A stretch of DNA of 60,431 nucleotides, filler included. It is 7 parts of 7 records of this genome, joined end to end, with 100 filler letters (N's around TTAATTAATTAA, not from the genome) between each part and the next. Parts side by side here need not be neighbours in the genome. Positions count along the whole stretch, not along the records: positions 17,338 to 30,777 come from SRR31147125_29398; 6 more parts are not named here. One strand, given 5' to 3'. The stretch's first letter is position 1. Each line of letters opens with the position of its first letter. A model generated the notes under the pieces. The model was not told the DNA's origin, ran no database searches, and saw only the letters and a list, made by a program, of their open reading frames with translations. The position numbers were made by a program, and so were the translations under genes. Below, one piece after another: positions 17,339 through 28,653 of the stretch.

Positions 17339-19420
17339 GGCATTCCCCTGACCGTCAGTTCCGATAACCTGGCCGGGGATGAAAAGGATAATACCTTTAA
17401 CGGCCCCACCTTTAATAACCTCCAGACCTTGAACGGGGGGGATGTATTGGACGGCAGGGGCGGGATTGATACCCTTTTCGGCCAGCTCACCAATATTTCC
17501 GTTGTGGTGCCCACGGTGACTGATGTGGAAATCCTCCAGTTTAATGCAGGCTTTGCCGGAGGGGCCACCTATGACGCATCCAAAACCACGGGCATGACCA
17601 AGGTGGAAAATATTCAGTCTTCCACCGACCTTTCCGTAACCAATCTGAACGCGTTTCTGACTTCCGGCCTGGCCGTGAATAATGCGGCCGGATCCACCTT
17701 CCTCAGTTTTGAGAATTCAGCCCTTTCCGGAGAATCCGACCATATGGTCATCAGCCTGGACGGGGCCAACGGGGCCAATAATATTATCCGCATCGGAAGC
17801 GAACAGGATCCGGACGGGGATATTGAACTTTTGACCGTGCTCAGTTCCGGCGCGCCCACGGATCTGGGCGCAGGCCAGATCGACATGGATGAGGTGACCA
17901 AGGTGACCATATCGGCCAAAGCGGATGTGGATCTGGGATCCATCCCTTCATTTGATGCCATGACCGAGCTGGATGCCTCGGCCAGCACTTCGGGGGTGAC
18001 AGTGGTCCTGGCCAACAAGGGGGCGGCCGATACAAAGGTGACTTTGACCGGCGGAAAGGGAAACGACACATTTGACGTTTCCGCCATGGATGCCAATGCA
18101 GATCTTATTGTCAACCTGGGTGAGGGAAACGACACCATTGTTGTGGCAAAGAACAATGTTCAGAATGACTGGAAAATCGACGGGGGGACCGGCACGAATA
18201 TTCTCCAGTCCGACCAGGGCATCACCGTGACATCGGTGTTCAGTAATTTCCACGGGCTGGCATTCAAGGGCAGCTTTGCTGTGACCCAGGATATGGATAA
18301 TGTGCCTGCCACAATTAATTCGGTCTATATCAATAATGACGGAGACAAGGCTGCCACCATCACCAACCTGGACAACGGGGATACCGTGATTCTCCAGGGG
18401 GATAAAACCACGGATGACGGGGCGGCAATCACCCTGAAGGGCGACGGCGGGGTGAATACCATCAGCCTGATCCTGGATGACGAGGACAACGCCGGTGTAG
18501 ATGTGGATGATCCAGACGGTGGGCTGGTGATTGATGCCAATATCCAGAAGATCAATCTTGTTGCCACCACCAATGAAAGTCATTCCCTGGACCTTAATGA
18601 ATCCTCGGCCCTGGCCGAGGTGGTGATCACCGGGGGCGGGTCCGTGGACCTGCGGGGCCAGGACGATACCGTGGCCTTGAACGACACCACCACCAATATT
18701 AATGCTGCAGGGGCATCCGGCGCCATCTCAGCCATTGCCGGGGCAGCGGACACCATTCTGACCGGGGGAAGTGCTGGTGATACATTTACCGGCGGAAACG
18801 GAAACGACACCATTACAGGCAATGCCGGAAACGACACCCTGGACGGGGGGACCGGCACCAATATCCTTACCGGAAATGCGGGTGCGGATATCATCGCATG
18901 CAATGGCACGGATATAGTTGATTACAGCGAAATCACCCACGGCACATCGGTTACCACCATCACCAGCCTGATCACTGATGTGGACGACCTGGTGGCGTCC
19001 AGGGCGGATGATATCAATTTTTTTACCCCGGGGACGGATAAGATTCGGATTTCAGGGAATTTGAAATCCGCCCTGAATGCATTGGGCACCAATGACGATC
19101 TGGATATGGAACTGACCGCATCTGGCGATACCTTTAACTGGAATGCCGCCACTGTGTTTATCATTAAAGACGCTGTGGGAAATGCCGGAATCGGTGATGT
19201 GTCAGCCCTGGCCACCCTGTTTAACGATACCCTCTCCGCTGCCAAGCAGAACGGGGCGGCCGGCCAGCAGATTATTTTCACGGCTGAGGATGCGGGCAAG
19301 GAAACCGGAATCTATTATTTCAAGGATACGGACGGCAGCGGCGAGATCAGCGTGGGGGATAAGCTGGCCCTTCTCGGTGTGGCCGATGCCCAGATGGCAG
19401 GTGGGGATTTTTCCTTTTAG
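17339..19420 (+). CDS. RsaA/SapA-like S-layer or RTX surface protein, 5' truncated
   Basis: LTVSSDNLAG...TLNGGDVLDGRGGIDTL; GGxGxD nonapeptides; rich in D/T/G/A; C-terminus GGDFSF resembles type I secretion substrates. Confidence 0.75.
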   Translation, partial: GIPLTVSSDNLAGDEKDNTFNGPTFNNLQTLNGGDVLDGRGGIDTLFGQLTNISVVVPTVTDVEILQFNAGFAGGATYDASKTTGMTKVENIQSSTDLSVTNLNAFLTSGLAVNNAAGSTFLSFENSALSGESDHMVISLDGANGANNIIRIGSEQDPDGDIELLTVLSSGAPTDLGAGQIDMDEVTKVTISAKADVDLGSIPSFDAMTELDASASTSGVTVVLANKGAADTKVTLTGGKGNDTFDVSAMDANADLIVNLGEGNDTIVVAKNNVQNDWKIDGGTGTNILQSDQGITVTSVFSNFHGLAFKGSFAVTQDMDNVPATINSVYINNDGDKAATITNLDNGDTVILQGDKTTDDGAAITLKGDGGVNTISLILDDEDNAGVDVDDPDGGLVIDANIQKINLVATTNESHSLDLNESSALAEVVITGGGSVDLRGQDDTVALNDTTTNINAAGASGAISAIAGAADTILTGGSAGDTFTGGNGNDTITGNAGNDTLDGGTGTNILTGNAGADIIACNGTDIVDYSEITHGTSVTTITSLITDVDDLVASRADDINFFTPGTDKIRISGNLKSALNALGTNDDLDMELTASGDTFNWNAATVFIIKDAVGNAGIGDVSALATLFNDTLSAAKQNGAAGQQIIFTAEDAGKETGIYYFKDTDGSGEISVGDKLALLGVADAQMAGGDFSF

Positions 19421-19455
19421 AACAATATACCCCGGAAGGGTTTTAGGATCGTGGA

Positions 19456-20802
19456 TCAGACCGGGGTATAATCCGGATAATATCCGTCCTGCTGGAGGAT
19501 GCCCAGGATCCAGTTGTAAGAGTCCCGGTCAATGGCGGCGGCCACGGTGTCGCCGCCGAGATTGCCTGACAGGACCCCGGTAAAATAGGGGGTGCCGTCC
19601 TGGCCGTAATAATAGAGGGGAGACCCGCTGCCGCCGGCGGCGATCCCCATGCCCTCGGACAGATCCAGTACGCCGTTGCCGAGAAGGTAGCGGTCAACGC
19701 TTCCGCTCACTTCCCATTGATAATAATCCCGGCCCGGGGTGGCCGGATTGTCCTGTTCAATGTTTTCTGCGGAATACCCCGCACTTTGCAGGGGCGTATT
19801 GATTAAAGTCAGGTTTACCGATTTTTCCATGGATAGAACGCCTCTGTCAGGTGCTGCGGCCCGGTCCAGGCGGATGACGGCAAGGTCGTTATCCGGCCAT
19901 TCAGGGTATGTGTCCGGGGAGGCAAAACTGTGCTGAACCCAGGTTTTTTCCCAGTTAAAGGAAACTGCCCCGGAAGGATCTCCGTTCAGGCCCGGGAGGA
20001 ATGTGATTCCAGCGTTTGGATCCAGTTCTCCGGCATCGTTGAGCACCACATGGGCATTGGTCAGTACATGTTCCGGGGAGATTAAGAACCCGGTGCCCAG
20101 GCCGATCTGGGTGCCGTAATCCACCCGCACCTGGCCGATGGCCTTATGGGGCGCCGTGGTGATTTCGGTGTTGTCCACCCAGGTCAGGTTCAGGTCAGGG
20201 GGCAGTTCCACCCCGCCATGGGGCAGGGTGGGTGCAGCCTGGACTTTTTCGTTCTCCGGCACAAGGGTGATGGTGAGCCCTTCAGCCGATCCAAAGCTGA
20301 TATAATGGCTGATCACATTCATGCCGGCAGCATTGATGACCGTGCGCAGGTTATCAATGGTTTTGCCGGACCATTGGGCGGCTGTTGACTGTGCCGACTG
20401 CAGGACGGACAGCTTGTCCGAAAGATACTCGCTTTCGTCAAAATCATTGGAGGGGTTGATCCCCTCGGCAGCCCCATATTGGATATAATGGAGATATAAA
20501 TCATGGGGCCAGGACGCGTCAAGCAGGGACAGGGCCAGATCCGTGTCAGGGGACTGGCCTTTGGCAACCATGTCAGCAGCCTTGGCCAGCCTGTATTCCC
20601 CGTGGTCGAAAAAGGCATTGGGGGCCAGGCCTTCCTTACAGCCGTATAGCCGGTAATGCATTTCCGGGGTCATACCGAAGCTGTTTTGGAGCAGGGCCTC
20701 AAGATCGGCTATGTCCTTGTCAGCCCAGCCCGGGCCTGCGGCCTGGAGGGCCGCAAGCTTTGCCTTTAAATAAAATGATCTGTCAAATCCCTGCAGTGTC
20801 AT
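19456..20802 (-). CDS. Trypsin-like (V8-type) serine protease with N-terminal HYxxYGxxEG repeat domain
   Basis: GTGFLI, VLTNAHV, DLAVIRL, GGSGSP catalytic-triad motifs. Confidence 0.8.
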   Translation of the reverse strand: MTLQGFDRSFYLKAKLAALQAAGPGWADKDIADLEALLQNSFGMTPEMHYRLYGCKEGLAPNAFFDHGEYRLAKAADMVAKGQSPDTDLALSLLDASWPHDLYLHYIQYGAAEGINPSNDFDESEYLSDKLSVLQSAQSTAAQWSGKTIDNLRTVINAAGMNVISHYISFGSAEGLTITLVPENEKVQAAPTLPHGGVELPPDLNLTWVDNTEITTAPHKAIGQVRVDYGTQIGLGTGFLISPEHVLTNAHVVLNDAGELDPNAGITFLPGLNGDPSGAVSFNWEKTWVQHSFASPDTYPEWPDNDLAVIRLDRAAAPDRGVLSMEKSVNLTLINTPLQSAGYSAENIEQDNPATPGRDYYQWEVSGSVDRYLLGNGVLDLSEGMGIAAGGSGSPLYYYGQDGTPYFTGVLSGNLGGDTVAAAIDRDSYNWILGILQQDGYYPDYTPV

Positions 20803-20817
20803 ATGATATTTCTCCGT

Positions 20818-21536
20818 TTAACTAACTGGCTTTGTCAGGGGATCCTGGGGCGGGGCAATGAAATTGGCTATATTGGCCATGGAGTGCATATGCTCATGGA
20901 CCATGCCGATGGTGCCGTTTCTCACCATCCCGGCAAGGTCTGCGTCTTCCAGGGCGGCCAGTTTTTCCATGTCCACGCCCCTGAAGCCAGTTATGGACTT
21001 TTCCTGCTGGTTGACGGTGAATTTGAATGCCCTGTCGGCGATTACCTCTTTTTCCTCAAGTACATTGAACAGGGCCTGGGTGGCCTCAAGTTCCTGGTGA
21101 TAGGTCGTCAGGGATTTGAGAACCGTATTCTGGATAAAGTCCGTTGGGCTGCCGTCAGCAGTAAAGAGAGGATCTCCCATCCCGGGTTTGAAATGCTCGG
21201 CCTCCGGGTCCAGGCAGAGTGCGTACTGGCCTTGTTTTTCTTCTATTTTGGCCAGGGTAAACGGGTAGAGCCTGAAGAAAACGGGGATATAGGGGACTTT
21301 CCAGTTTCCTGCCCCGTCAATGCAGGCGTTTTTACCAGCTTCCAGGGAGAGCAGGGCCTGGGGTACCCCGGGAGCGTCAGCCAGAAATACAATGGGGTAA
21401 AAACGGGCGGCCTGGCGGAGTTCTGAAAAGAGAGTTTTACCGCAGAAATCTGTTTTGCATAGTTGAATGCGGGGATTTTAGATAATCTAAGATCCTGGTG
21501 TTTTGAATGGTCCAGAGGCTCTATGGTGTTGAACAT
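20818..21536 (-). pseudogene. sapC: SapC-family protein split by a 1-nt frameshift (may be a sequencing error)
   Basis: Adding one base to the run at 21426-21429 joins PLDHSKHQDLRL...LSFSELRQAARFYPIVF...YIPVFFRLYPF to the 20818-21180 ORF. Confidence 0.8.
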
Positions 21537-21600
21537 GAAAATTTCCTTTATTTTAAAATTCTTTGAATTATGGGTTGCTGAATAAAAAAACGGTATTCAG

Positions 21601-23946
21601 TTATTTTAAACCTTCCTGTTTGCCGTTTTCAACTTTTTTCAGGCATTGGTAGGTCTGATCCAAAAACGCATACCCGTATCGTTTGTCCGGTTCCATGACC
21701 GCCCCATGTGCCCACTCATTCCAGGCGTTGATAAAGACAATTTTTTCATCTGGATTGTCTGTTTTGTCCCGGGTGTCGTAAAGCAGGTACTCCAGCCAGT
21801 TATGATAGCTTTTGGGGGATGATTTATGGAAGGTGACGCCTTTGCCGGGGTTTTTCGGGTCGTTGTCCCAGCCAGGACAGAGGCTTCTGAATTTTTTGTA
21901 ATCAGGGGCCTTAGCGGCAATGCTGTAATTTACCGCAGAGTGATAATCATATATATGGCCCTGGTGATCGGGGTTATAAAAGGCCAGCTGGTCACAAATG
22001 TCGTCCACCTTGAATGTATTGGGAGCAAATTCGGTTGCCGCATCAAATCCGATGGTTTCAGGATTCAGGTGCTCGTGGGCATGGCTGCAGATCAGATAAA
22101 TTTCTCCGATGCCGCAGTCCCGGCAATAGGTGCGCCAGCGGTCTGCGGTCTGGAGAATCTGGGGAAAAAGGGAGGGCCGGTAAATCATCAGCAGGGGCTT
22201 GCCGTTGATTTTAATATACCGCGGGTCCTTTAGTATGGGTTCAATATCTTTTATAAAGGCCAGGTCGTCTTCAGGGGTGTGGTGCTGTGCCAGAATTACA
22301 TCATCTTCAAGTCCGTCCCCCTGCTTTGTCCAGTTTTCGTTGGCCCAGTTGATGCAGAATGGAAAGTCCAGTTCCGGATTTGAGAGCAGGTTGTTCAAAG
22401 GGGTATCCAAAACCTTTTTGCCGTTAAACCAATAATAGTGGTAGCAGAATCCATGCAGCCCATAGTTTTTGGCCAGTTCAATCTGCCGTTTCTGCACATG
22501 TTCCAGTCTCAGGTCGTAGAACCCCAGTTCACCGGGAAGCCTGGGTTGGTAGTGGCCTTCAAACTGGGGAATGGCCCTTGATACATGGGTCCATTCTGTG
22601 AAGCCCTTGCCCCAGGCCTCATCATTTTCAGGGATGGGGTGAAACTGGGGCAGGTAGAATGCGATCAACCTGAATTCCGTGTCAACCGGATCATAGGCAT
22701 TAAAGGGAACATGCTCTGGATACGTGTTGTTCATCACAAAATTGTGGTCAAAAAAGGCGCCTGTTCCATTGGTTGTTTCGGCCAGTTTTTTTGATTTAGG
22801 CTCGTTTGTGACTTCGCTTGCGGTTTGTATGATATTTCCCGACCGGGCTATTTTCACTGCCTGTGCAACGGTGTTTTTGATGTCCCCGTATTCATGGACA
22901 ATGCCCCGGCGTCCCCATCTCATGGGGTTTATTCTGGACAGAGCAAGTGTCAGCCTGTTCTTATACGCGTTAAGGGATTCCGCCGCCCGGATCATGGCCC
23001 GCATGGCTACCCGGACCGGTTCGGTTATCTTCCAGGAGGTGCTGTTCAATATCTCGTTCAGTTCCTCTTTCCTGTATTTGAGTTCCTTAGCCGTATGCTT
23101 GGCCTTTTCCTCAAGCAGGGCGTGGTCGTTCGACAGGGAGAGAAAACGTTCCGTAAGATCTTTGTGAGCTTTGGATTTCCGGCTGAAAGCCTCTGTTGCC
23201 CTTTGGACCAGGTCGCATTTTTCCACAGGATGTTCATACAGGCTGAAAAAGGTTTGGGGAAGCTCTGTTTCTCCGGCAACACATAGGAAATACATGGGAT
23301 TGTATATGGTGGATTCCTCATGGGCATATCCATTGTGATCCACCTTGTAGGTGTTAAACCCTGCCGTGGCGCCTGGGTTTAACGGGGTAATCCATGATCC
23401 GAATTTTATTCTCTGGCCGAGCATGGTGTGGTGGGTGAATGTTTGGCTGATCAGGGATTCAAACTCTGAAAAGTACAGCTCTTTGATATGGAATTGGTTT
23501 TGGTGTCCGGTTAGATCCGTATACTCCATTTTATCCGGAGATGAGATTATCAAAAATCCGTCAGGCTTTAACACCCGCCGGATTTCATCAAGGAATGCCC
23601 GGTGCCGGTCATGGTGCTCTATGGTTTCGAATGAAACCACCAGGTCAACACTGTCGGTTTGAAGGGGAATGGCTGTGCAGTCCCCCTGGATAAAGGAGAG
23701 ATTTTCTTTTTGGTATTTATTTTGGGCATGATCTATGGCGTCTTCAGATAAATCCACACCGATCACCCGGTCTGCCTCCCCGGACAGCAGGTTTGACCCG
23801 TATCCCTCTCCACAGGCAATATCCAGCACATGTTTTCCTTTTGCCAGCTTCAGCGCCAGATAATAACGGTGCATATGCTCTAACAGAACATCACCTTCTA
23901 CCTCAGGGAGAAATCGCTCACCTGTCCACTCCAATTCTTCACTCAT
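21601..23946 (-). CDS. SAM methyltransferase / coiled coil / WbsX (GH99-like) fusion
   Basis: TGERFLP, LDIACGEGYG, SFETIEH; STSWKIT; IAFYLPQFHPIPEND, WGKGFTEW, INAWNEW. Confidence 0.88.
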   Translation of the reverse strand: MSEELEWTGERFLPEVEGDVLLEHMHRYYLALKLAKGKHVLDIACGEGYGSNLLSGEADRVIGVDLSEDAIDHAQNKYQKENLSFIQGDCTAIPLQTDSVDLVVSFETIEHHDRHRAFLDEIRRVLKPDGFLIISSPDKMEYTDLTGHQNQFHIKELYFSEFESLISQTFTHHTMLGQRIKFGSWITPLNPGATAGFNTYKVDHNGYAHEESTIYNPMYFLCVAGETELPQTFFSLYEHPVEKCDLVQRATEAFSRKSKAHKDLTERFLSLSNDHALLEEKAKHTAKELKYRKEELNEILNSTSWKITEPVRVAMRAMIRAAESLNAYKNRLTLALSRINPMRWGRRGIVHEYGDIKNTVAQAVKIARSGNIIQTASEVTNEPKSKKLAETTNGTGAFFDHNFVMNNTYPEHVPFNAYDPVDTEFRLIAFYLPQFHPIPENDEAWGKGFTEWTHVSRAIPQFEGHYQPRLPGELGFYDLRLEHVQKRQIELAKNYGLHGFCYHYYWFNGKKVLDTPLNNLLSNPELDFPFCINWANENWTKQGDGLEDDVILAQHHTPEDDLAFIKDIEPILKDPRYIKINGKPLLMIYRPSLFPQILQTADRWRTYCRDCGIGEIYLICSHAHEHLNPETIGFDAATEFAPNTFKVDDICDQLAFYNPDHQGHIYDYHSAVNYSIAAKAPDYKKFRSLCPGWDNDPKNPGKGVTFHKSSPKSYHNWLEYLLYDTRDKTDNPDEKIVFINAWNEWAHGAVMEPDKRYGYAFLDQTYQCLKKVENGKQEGLK

Positions 23947-24014
23947 TTATCCATTGCTCCTGGTTGCCTGTTCCTTTGCTAGACAAACATTTAGATATAT
24001 CATATAAGAAAATA

Positions 24015-26218
24015 CTATCGCTCTTCGGTTCTCATTCCCTGTTTTTCTGTGGAAAGCGCGAAAGCTCTCTCCATTGCATGGGCAAGGGTTCCGTCCTGTT
24101 GGCCATCCTCTTCGGGAAAATTGCTTAAACTGTAGCCCAGATCATTAAGCGGCTCAAGGGCATGGGGGCTGAACCAGAACATGGAGCCGGCTATAAATTT
24201 TCTATTCCTTTTTGGTTTCAATCCGAGTGAGGTTGCAATTTTTTTAAGATCCTCATGATTGCTTCCGATGAACTCTTCAAGATCCACAAGACAATCCTTA
24301 GGGCCGATCATTCCAAGCGCACTATCCTTATTTAAACTTGTCTGAATTCTTGCTATCTGATCCTGACTCCCAAGAAGATCTGTTAAAATATCATTTCTCC
24401 AACTGTCTCCCTCTTTGCTGTATAGGGAGCGTTTGGAATGTATTTTACATATGCTTTTATATCCCTTTGGTATCAGAAGTTTAAATATCTCAAGAAAAGG
24501 TCCGATATCCCTTCCCCTGTTTTCAAATTGGAATATGGCGGCTCCCGGGCGGTCGGATAATATTTTTTCAATACTGAAATATCAATTCCCCGCTGTACTG
24601 ATATATACAGATCAAACTCTTCGGGAATATTGTCCATATAAGTGTTAATTTCTTCCCAGAGGTCCGCATAGTAAAGGTGCAGGATAACTGCTGATGAGGT
24701 TTTAGCGGGAGTATTTTCCATAATTTTCTTCTGGCTTAGGGCAATAAGCTCATCCTTTTCTATGGAATGGGTCCTTAAAACATTGGCAGTGGCTTCCAGG
24801 TAGGCATAACCGAATTTTCTGTCGGGTTCCAGATGCGCCCCTTCTCCCCATTCGTTCCAGGCATTTATAAATACAAGACTTTCTCCCTCAACGGGATTTT
24901 CCATGGCATAATGACTGGCATACTCCAACCATCTTTGATACCTGCCCGGGGTTGAATTGGTAAACGTGTGCCCCCGGCCTGGTTTTCGCGCCTCGTTGTC
25001 CCAGTTGGGAAATACTGTCTTATAAAGCTCAAAAGATGGTTTTTCTGCCTTGGTTACATTTTCTACAAGCGCCTTATAATCATATACGGAGCCCTCGTAG
25101 CACTGATTATGAAAACTAAGTTGCTTGGTAATCGGCACAAGTTTTTCCGATACCTCGTGGGGCGGAAACTCCACAGCGGCATCAAAACCATAGGGTCTTG
25201 GGTCGATATCACCAAATACCTGAGCAATTACAAGATGAAGTTCCCCCACCCCGTTTTCCAGGCACCTTTTCCTCCAGCGCTCCGCAGTTTTACCTGCATC
25301 CGGCAGAAGGCTTGGCCTGTATAGGATAATAAGGGGCTTACCGTTTACACGTATATACCTGGGATCCTTCAGAACAGGAGTCAGATCATCGATAAATGCA
25401 ATATCATCCTCATTTGAGTGATTCTGGGCAATAAGAATATCATCTTCCTGGCCGTCCCATCGTCTGGTCCAGTTTTCGTTGGCCCAACATATGCAAAAGT
25501 TTATATCCATATCCGGGTTATTCATTATATGGGAAAAAGGCTTTTCCAAGAGCCGCTTTCCACCGAACCAATAATGGTGAAAGCAGAATCCATAGACTCC
25601 ATAGTGTTTTGCGAGCTCTCCCTGGCGCTGGAGAATCTCCTTTAAACGGAGGTCGTAGTATCCCAATTCCCCGGGAAGATGAGGCTGGTAATGGCCTTCG
25701 AACTGGGGTACAGCTTTGGAAACATTTGTCCACTCAGTAAAGCCTTTACCCCACCACTCATCGTTTTCAGGAAAAGGGTGGTATTGGGGAAGATAGAAGG
25801 CAATATATTTAAGAGGTGAGTTGCTTATATCTACAGGTTTTTTTGATATGGCAACATGGTCCCTTCTATTGCCCACTGCTTCCTGGAAAAGCTGCTGGAA
25901 CAGTGGGGCTCCGTATTGTTTGGCCTCCACAATAGCCGATACCCTCTGGCTCTCATTGCTTGCTGAATCGGCTGAAATCATAGAAATTTTTTGCTTGATT
26001 TTCCAGGCAATCTCTTTGAGTCCGACAGAAGGTGTGCTGTTTCGAATCTTAGGGTAATGGGTTTTAAATGTGGCTATTGACCGTATAAGGGCTGAGACAC
26101 CACCCCTTACAGGTGCTGTAATCCTCCAGGAAGTTGATTTTTTCAATCCTTGAAGTTCATTTTTTGTGCGTTGCAGTTCAAGTTGAAGCTGCTCTATGCT
26201 CGGTTTGGGATGCTTCAT
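24015..26218 (-). pseudogene. WbsX (GH99-like) plus RgpF-like protein with a 1-nt frameshift (may be a sequencing error)
   Basis: AFYLPQYHP, NAWNEWGEG, HLYY; adding one base at T6 24563-24568 restores ENRGRDIGPF...KIHSKRS...AGSMFW...AHAMER. Confidence 0.8.
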
Positions 26219-26286
26219 ATTTTTTGGGTTAAATCTTTATCTCTAATCAATATCATTTTGTTAATGTATACAGCGCCAGGGATTAA

Positions 26287-28433
26287 TTAATATTCCAACC
26301 AGCTTTTTTTAATTCTTGATACTTCCGCAGGTTCAAAGAGCGGAGGTTCCAGGCGGAGATTGGGGTTGTGTGATTTATCATTTACGGATACCTCGCTCCA
26401 GGTTTTCCGTAGGAATTGCGCTTCTTTTTGAAATCTTTCCCTTTTTTCGGGGGTGTCCTCATATCCCCTTGATGCAGATTCATGATGGTAAAGTTCTGCA
26501 AAGGGGGTCCAAACATTCAGGTGCCCCAGCTTCCTGATTTTCATGCAAAGGTCCACATCGTTATAGGCAACGGTCAAGTTTGTCTCATTAAAGCCGCCCA
26601 CAGTCAAGAACAGCTCTTTTCGAACCACAGCACACGCTGCTGTAACAGCTGTTATGTTTTGGGCAAGACGCGCCCTGTCCATCTGGCCAGCATGTTTTCG
26701 AGGACAGCCGTGGTAAATATGATAAGGAAGCTCTCCTTTTCCGAAAATCACACCGGCATGCTGAATTGTGTCGTCGGGGTAATAAAGCATGGATCCCACA
26801 ACCCCATTTCGGGGTATCATGGCATGGGAAACCATCTCCTCCAGCCAGTCCCTGGAGATAACTTCAATATCGTTGTTCAAAAATGCTATTACCTCACCAT
26901 TAGCCTCTTGTACGGCAAGGTTGTTGATCTTTGAGTAGTTGAAGGGCTTATTGTATTCAACAATCTTTACCCTGGCATTTTTCTGAATCTCTTTGAAATA
27001 TTCAAGCGTATTCGGATCGTCGGACTGGTTGTCGACAATGATGATTTCAAAGTTTTTGTAGGTGCTTCTATATAAAATGCTCGAAATGCATCTGCGCAAA
27101 AGAGCAAGTGTGTTTCTTGTGGGTATTATTATACTCACCATTGGAGGGGGACTGGGAATGGGGAATCGGACTCTCCAGCGGTTATAGGGAAGAAGTTCCA
27201 CTGTCGTTCCCTCATCAGCATTGCGCTCAAGATGTGAGGATATGGCTTTTCTTGCGGCATCCAGGGTGTAGTTTTTCTCATCCGCATCAAAGGCGGTTGA
27301 TCCGGGAACTGCTCTCCAATGATATAGAATCCTTGGGATATGGCGTATGTTTTCAGGATATGCAATTTCAGAAACCCTTAAAGCCAGGTCGTGATCCTGG
27401 CTGCCTTCGTAACCTTTCCTGAATCCTTTGACATCCCTTACTATGGATGTTCTGTATACGGTTAAATGGCTTATATAGTTCTGTCCCAGAAGAAGAAGAG
27501 GGTTCCAGTCGGGTTTAAAGTAAGGGTCAAATCGCATGCCGCTGGCATCTATTTTATCCTCGTCGCTGTATATTATCTGGGATTCCGGGTGTCGGTTTAT
27601 CTCGGCTACAACTTCATATAGCGCATTTTCAGTTATTGCGTCATCGTGGTCTAACAATGCTACAAATTCACCCCCGGCATGTTGGAGAGCATCGTTTGAT
27701 GCAACTGAAATATGACCATTTTCCTTTCGGAATATGGGTCTGATTCTCTTATCTGATTCTGCGAAATTTATCAGCATACCACGGATGTGTGGTTTTTTTG
27801 ATGCGTCATCTACAATACAGAGTTCCCAGTTTTTGTATAACTGTGCCTGAACTGATTCGACAGCCATTCTAAGCCATTTTTCTTCAGGGTCATATACGGG
27901 CATGATAATTGAGATAAGCGGTTTTTGGGGAAGCTGCTTTATATGCTCCCTAATTGATTTTTTATCGTTATTGCTGAGGATATCGTTATCCTTCATCCAC
28001 TGGGTATAATCACTGGATGAATAAAGTTTTTTCATGATTTCCTTAAGACTTCTGAAACCGAATACGTCTATGATATGTTTTATCTTTTGGATTATTTCCA
28101 GACCATAAGAAGGGTCTTTTATCACCTTCATCAGATGGCGTTTTATGGTAGCCCAAAGTTGTGGATTCATCAATTTCCCCAGGTATGGAGAAAGTTTTTT
28201 GGCGCTTCTGAGGGGGGCAGTTATTTTCCAGCTTGTGGATGCGAGCAACCCTTTTTTTCATCCTTCAGGTCCTGGACCATTGTTTCCAATTCGAATACCT
28301 TTGCCTGAAGCATGGTGTTCTGACGTTTTACCTTGGCTATATCATTTGGTTGTTTGCTGGATTCTTCCATTGACCTGTCTTTGGGATTGGGTTCTGTATT
28401 ATTGGGGTTCAAAGGTTTTTCGATAACTTTCAT
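26287..28433 (-). CDS. Glycosyltransferase with two GT2 domains; N-terminal coiled coil separated by a frameshift at 28252-28258
   Basis: ISIIMPVY, LDHDD, YSDEDK, SIIIPT, FLNND, NDVDLC, HHESASRG; intact from TTG at 28248. Confidence 0.85.
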
Positions 28434-28653
28434 GATGCATTATACCTGCACGTCCCATTATTGTTCAATCCGTTGGTTTAAATGATCCTTACCGCCAGAC
28501 CTCTCAACCCAGGCTTGTAATTCCTGTGTAGCAGGCTTAACATTTTTTACGCTTATGAGTAAAGAACTCAAAATGGTCTATATATATAGGAACTTGACGT
28601 TTGTCAACGAAAGGAGGGCAGTTGATGCCCTGTTTCCGGGGCGAGACGGAAGA

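Noticed and set aside
17614..19299. Long minus-strand ORFs opposite the surface protein, and similar antisense ORFs elsewhere (11265-11849, 20803-21426, 31049-31867)
   Set aside because: No motifs or RBS; expected from codon bias on the coding strand.
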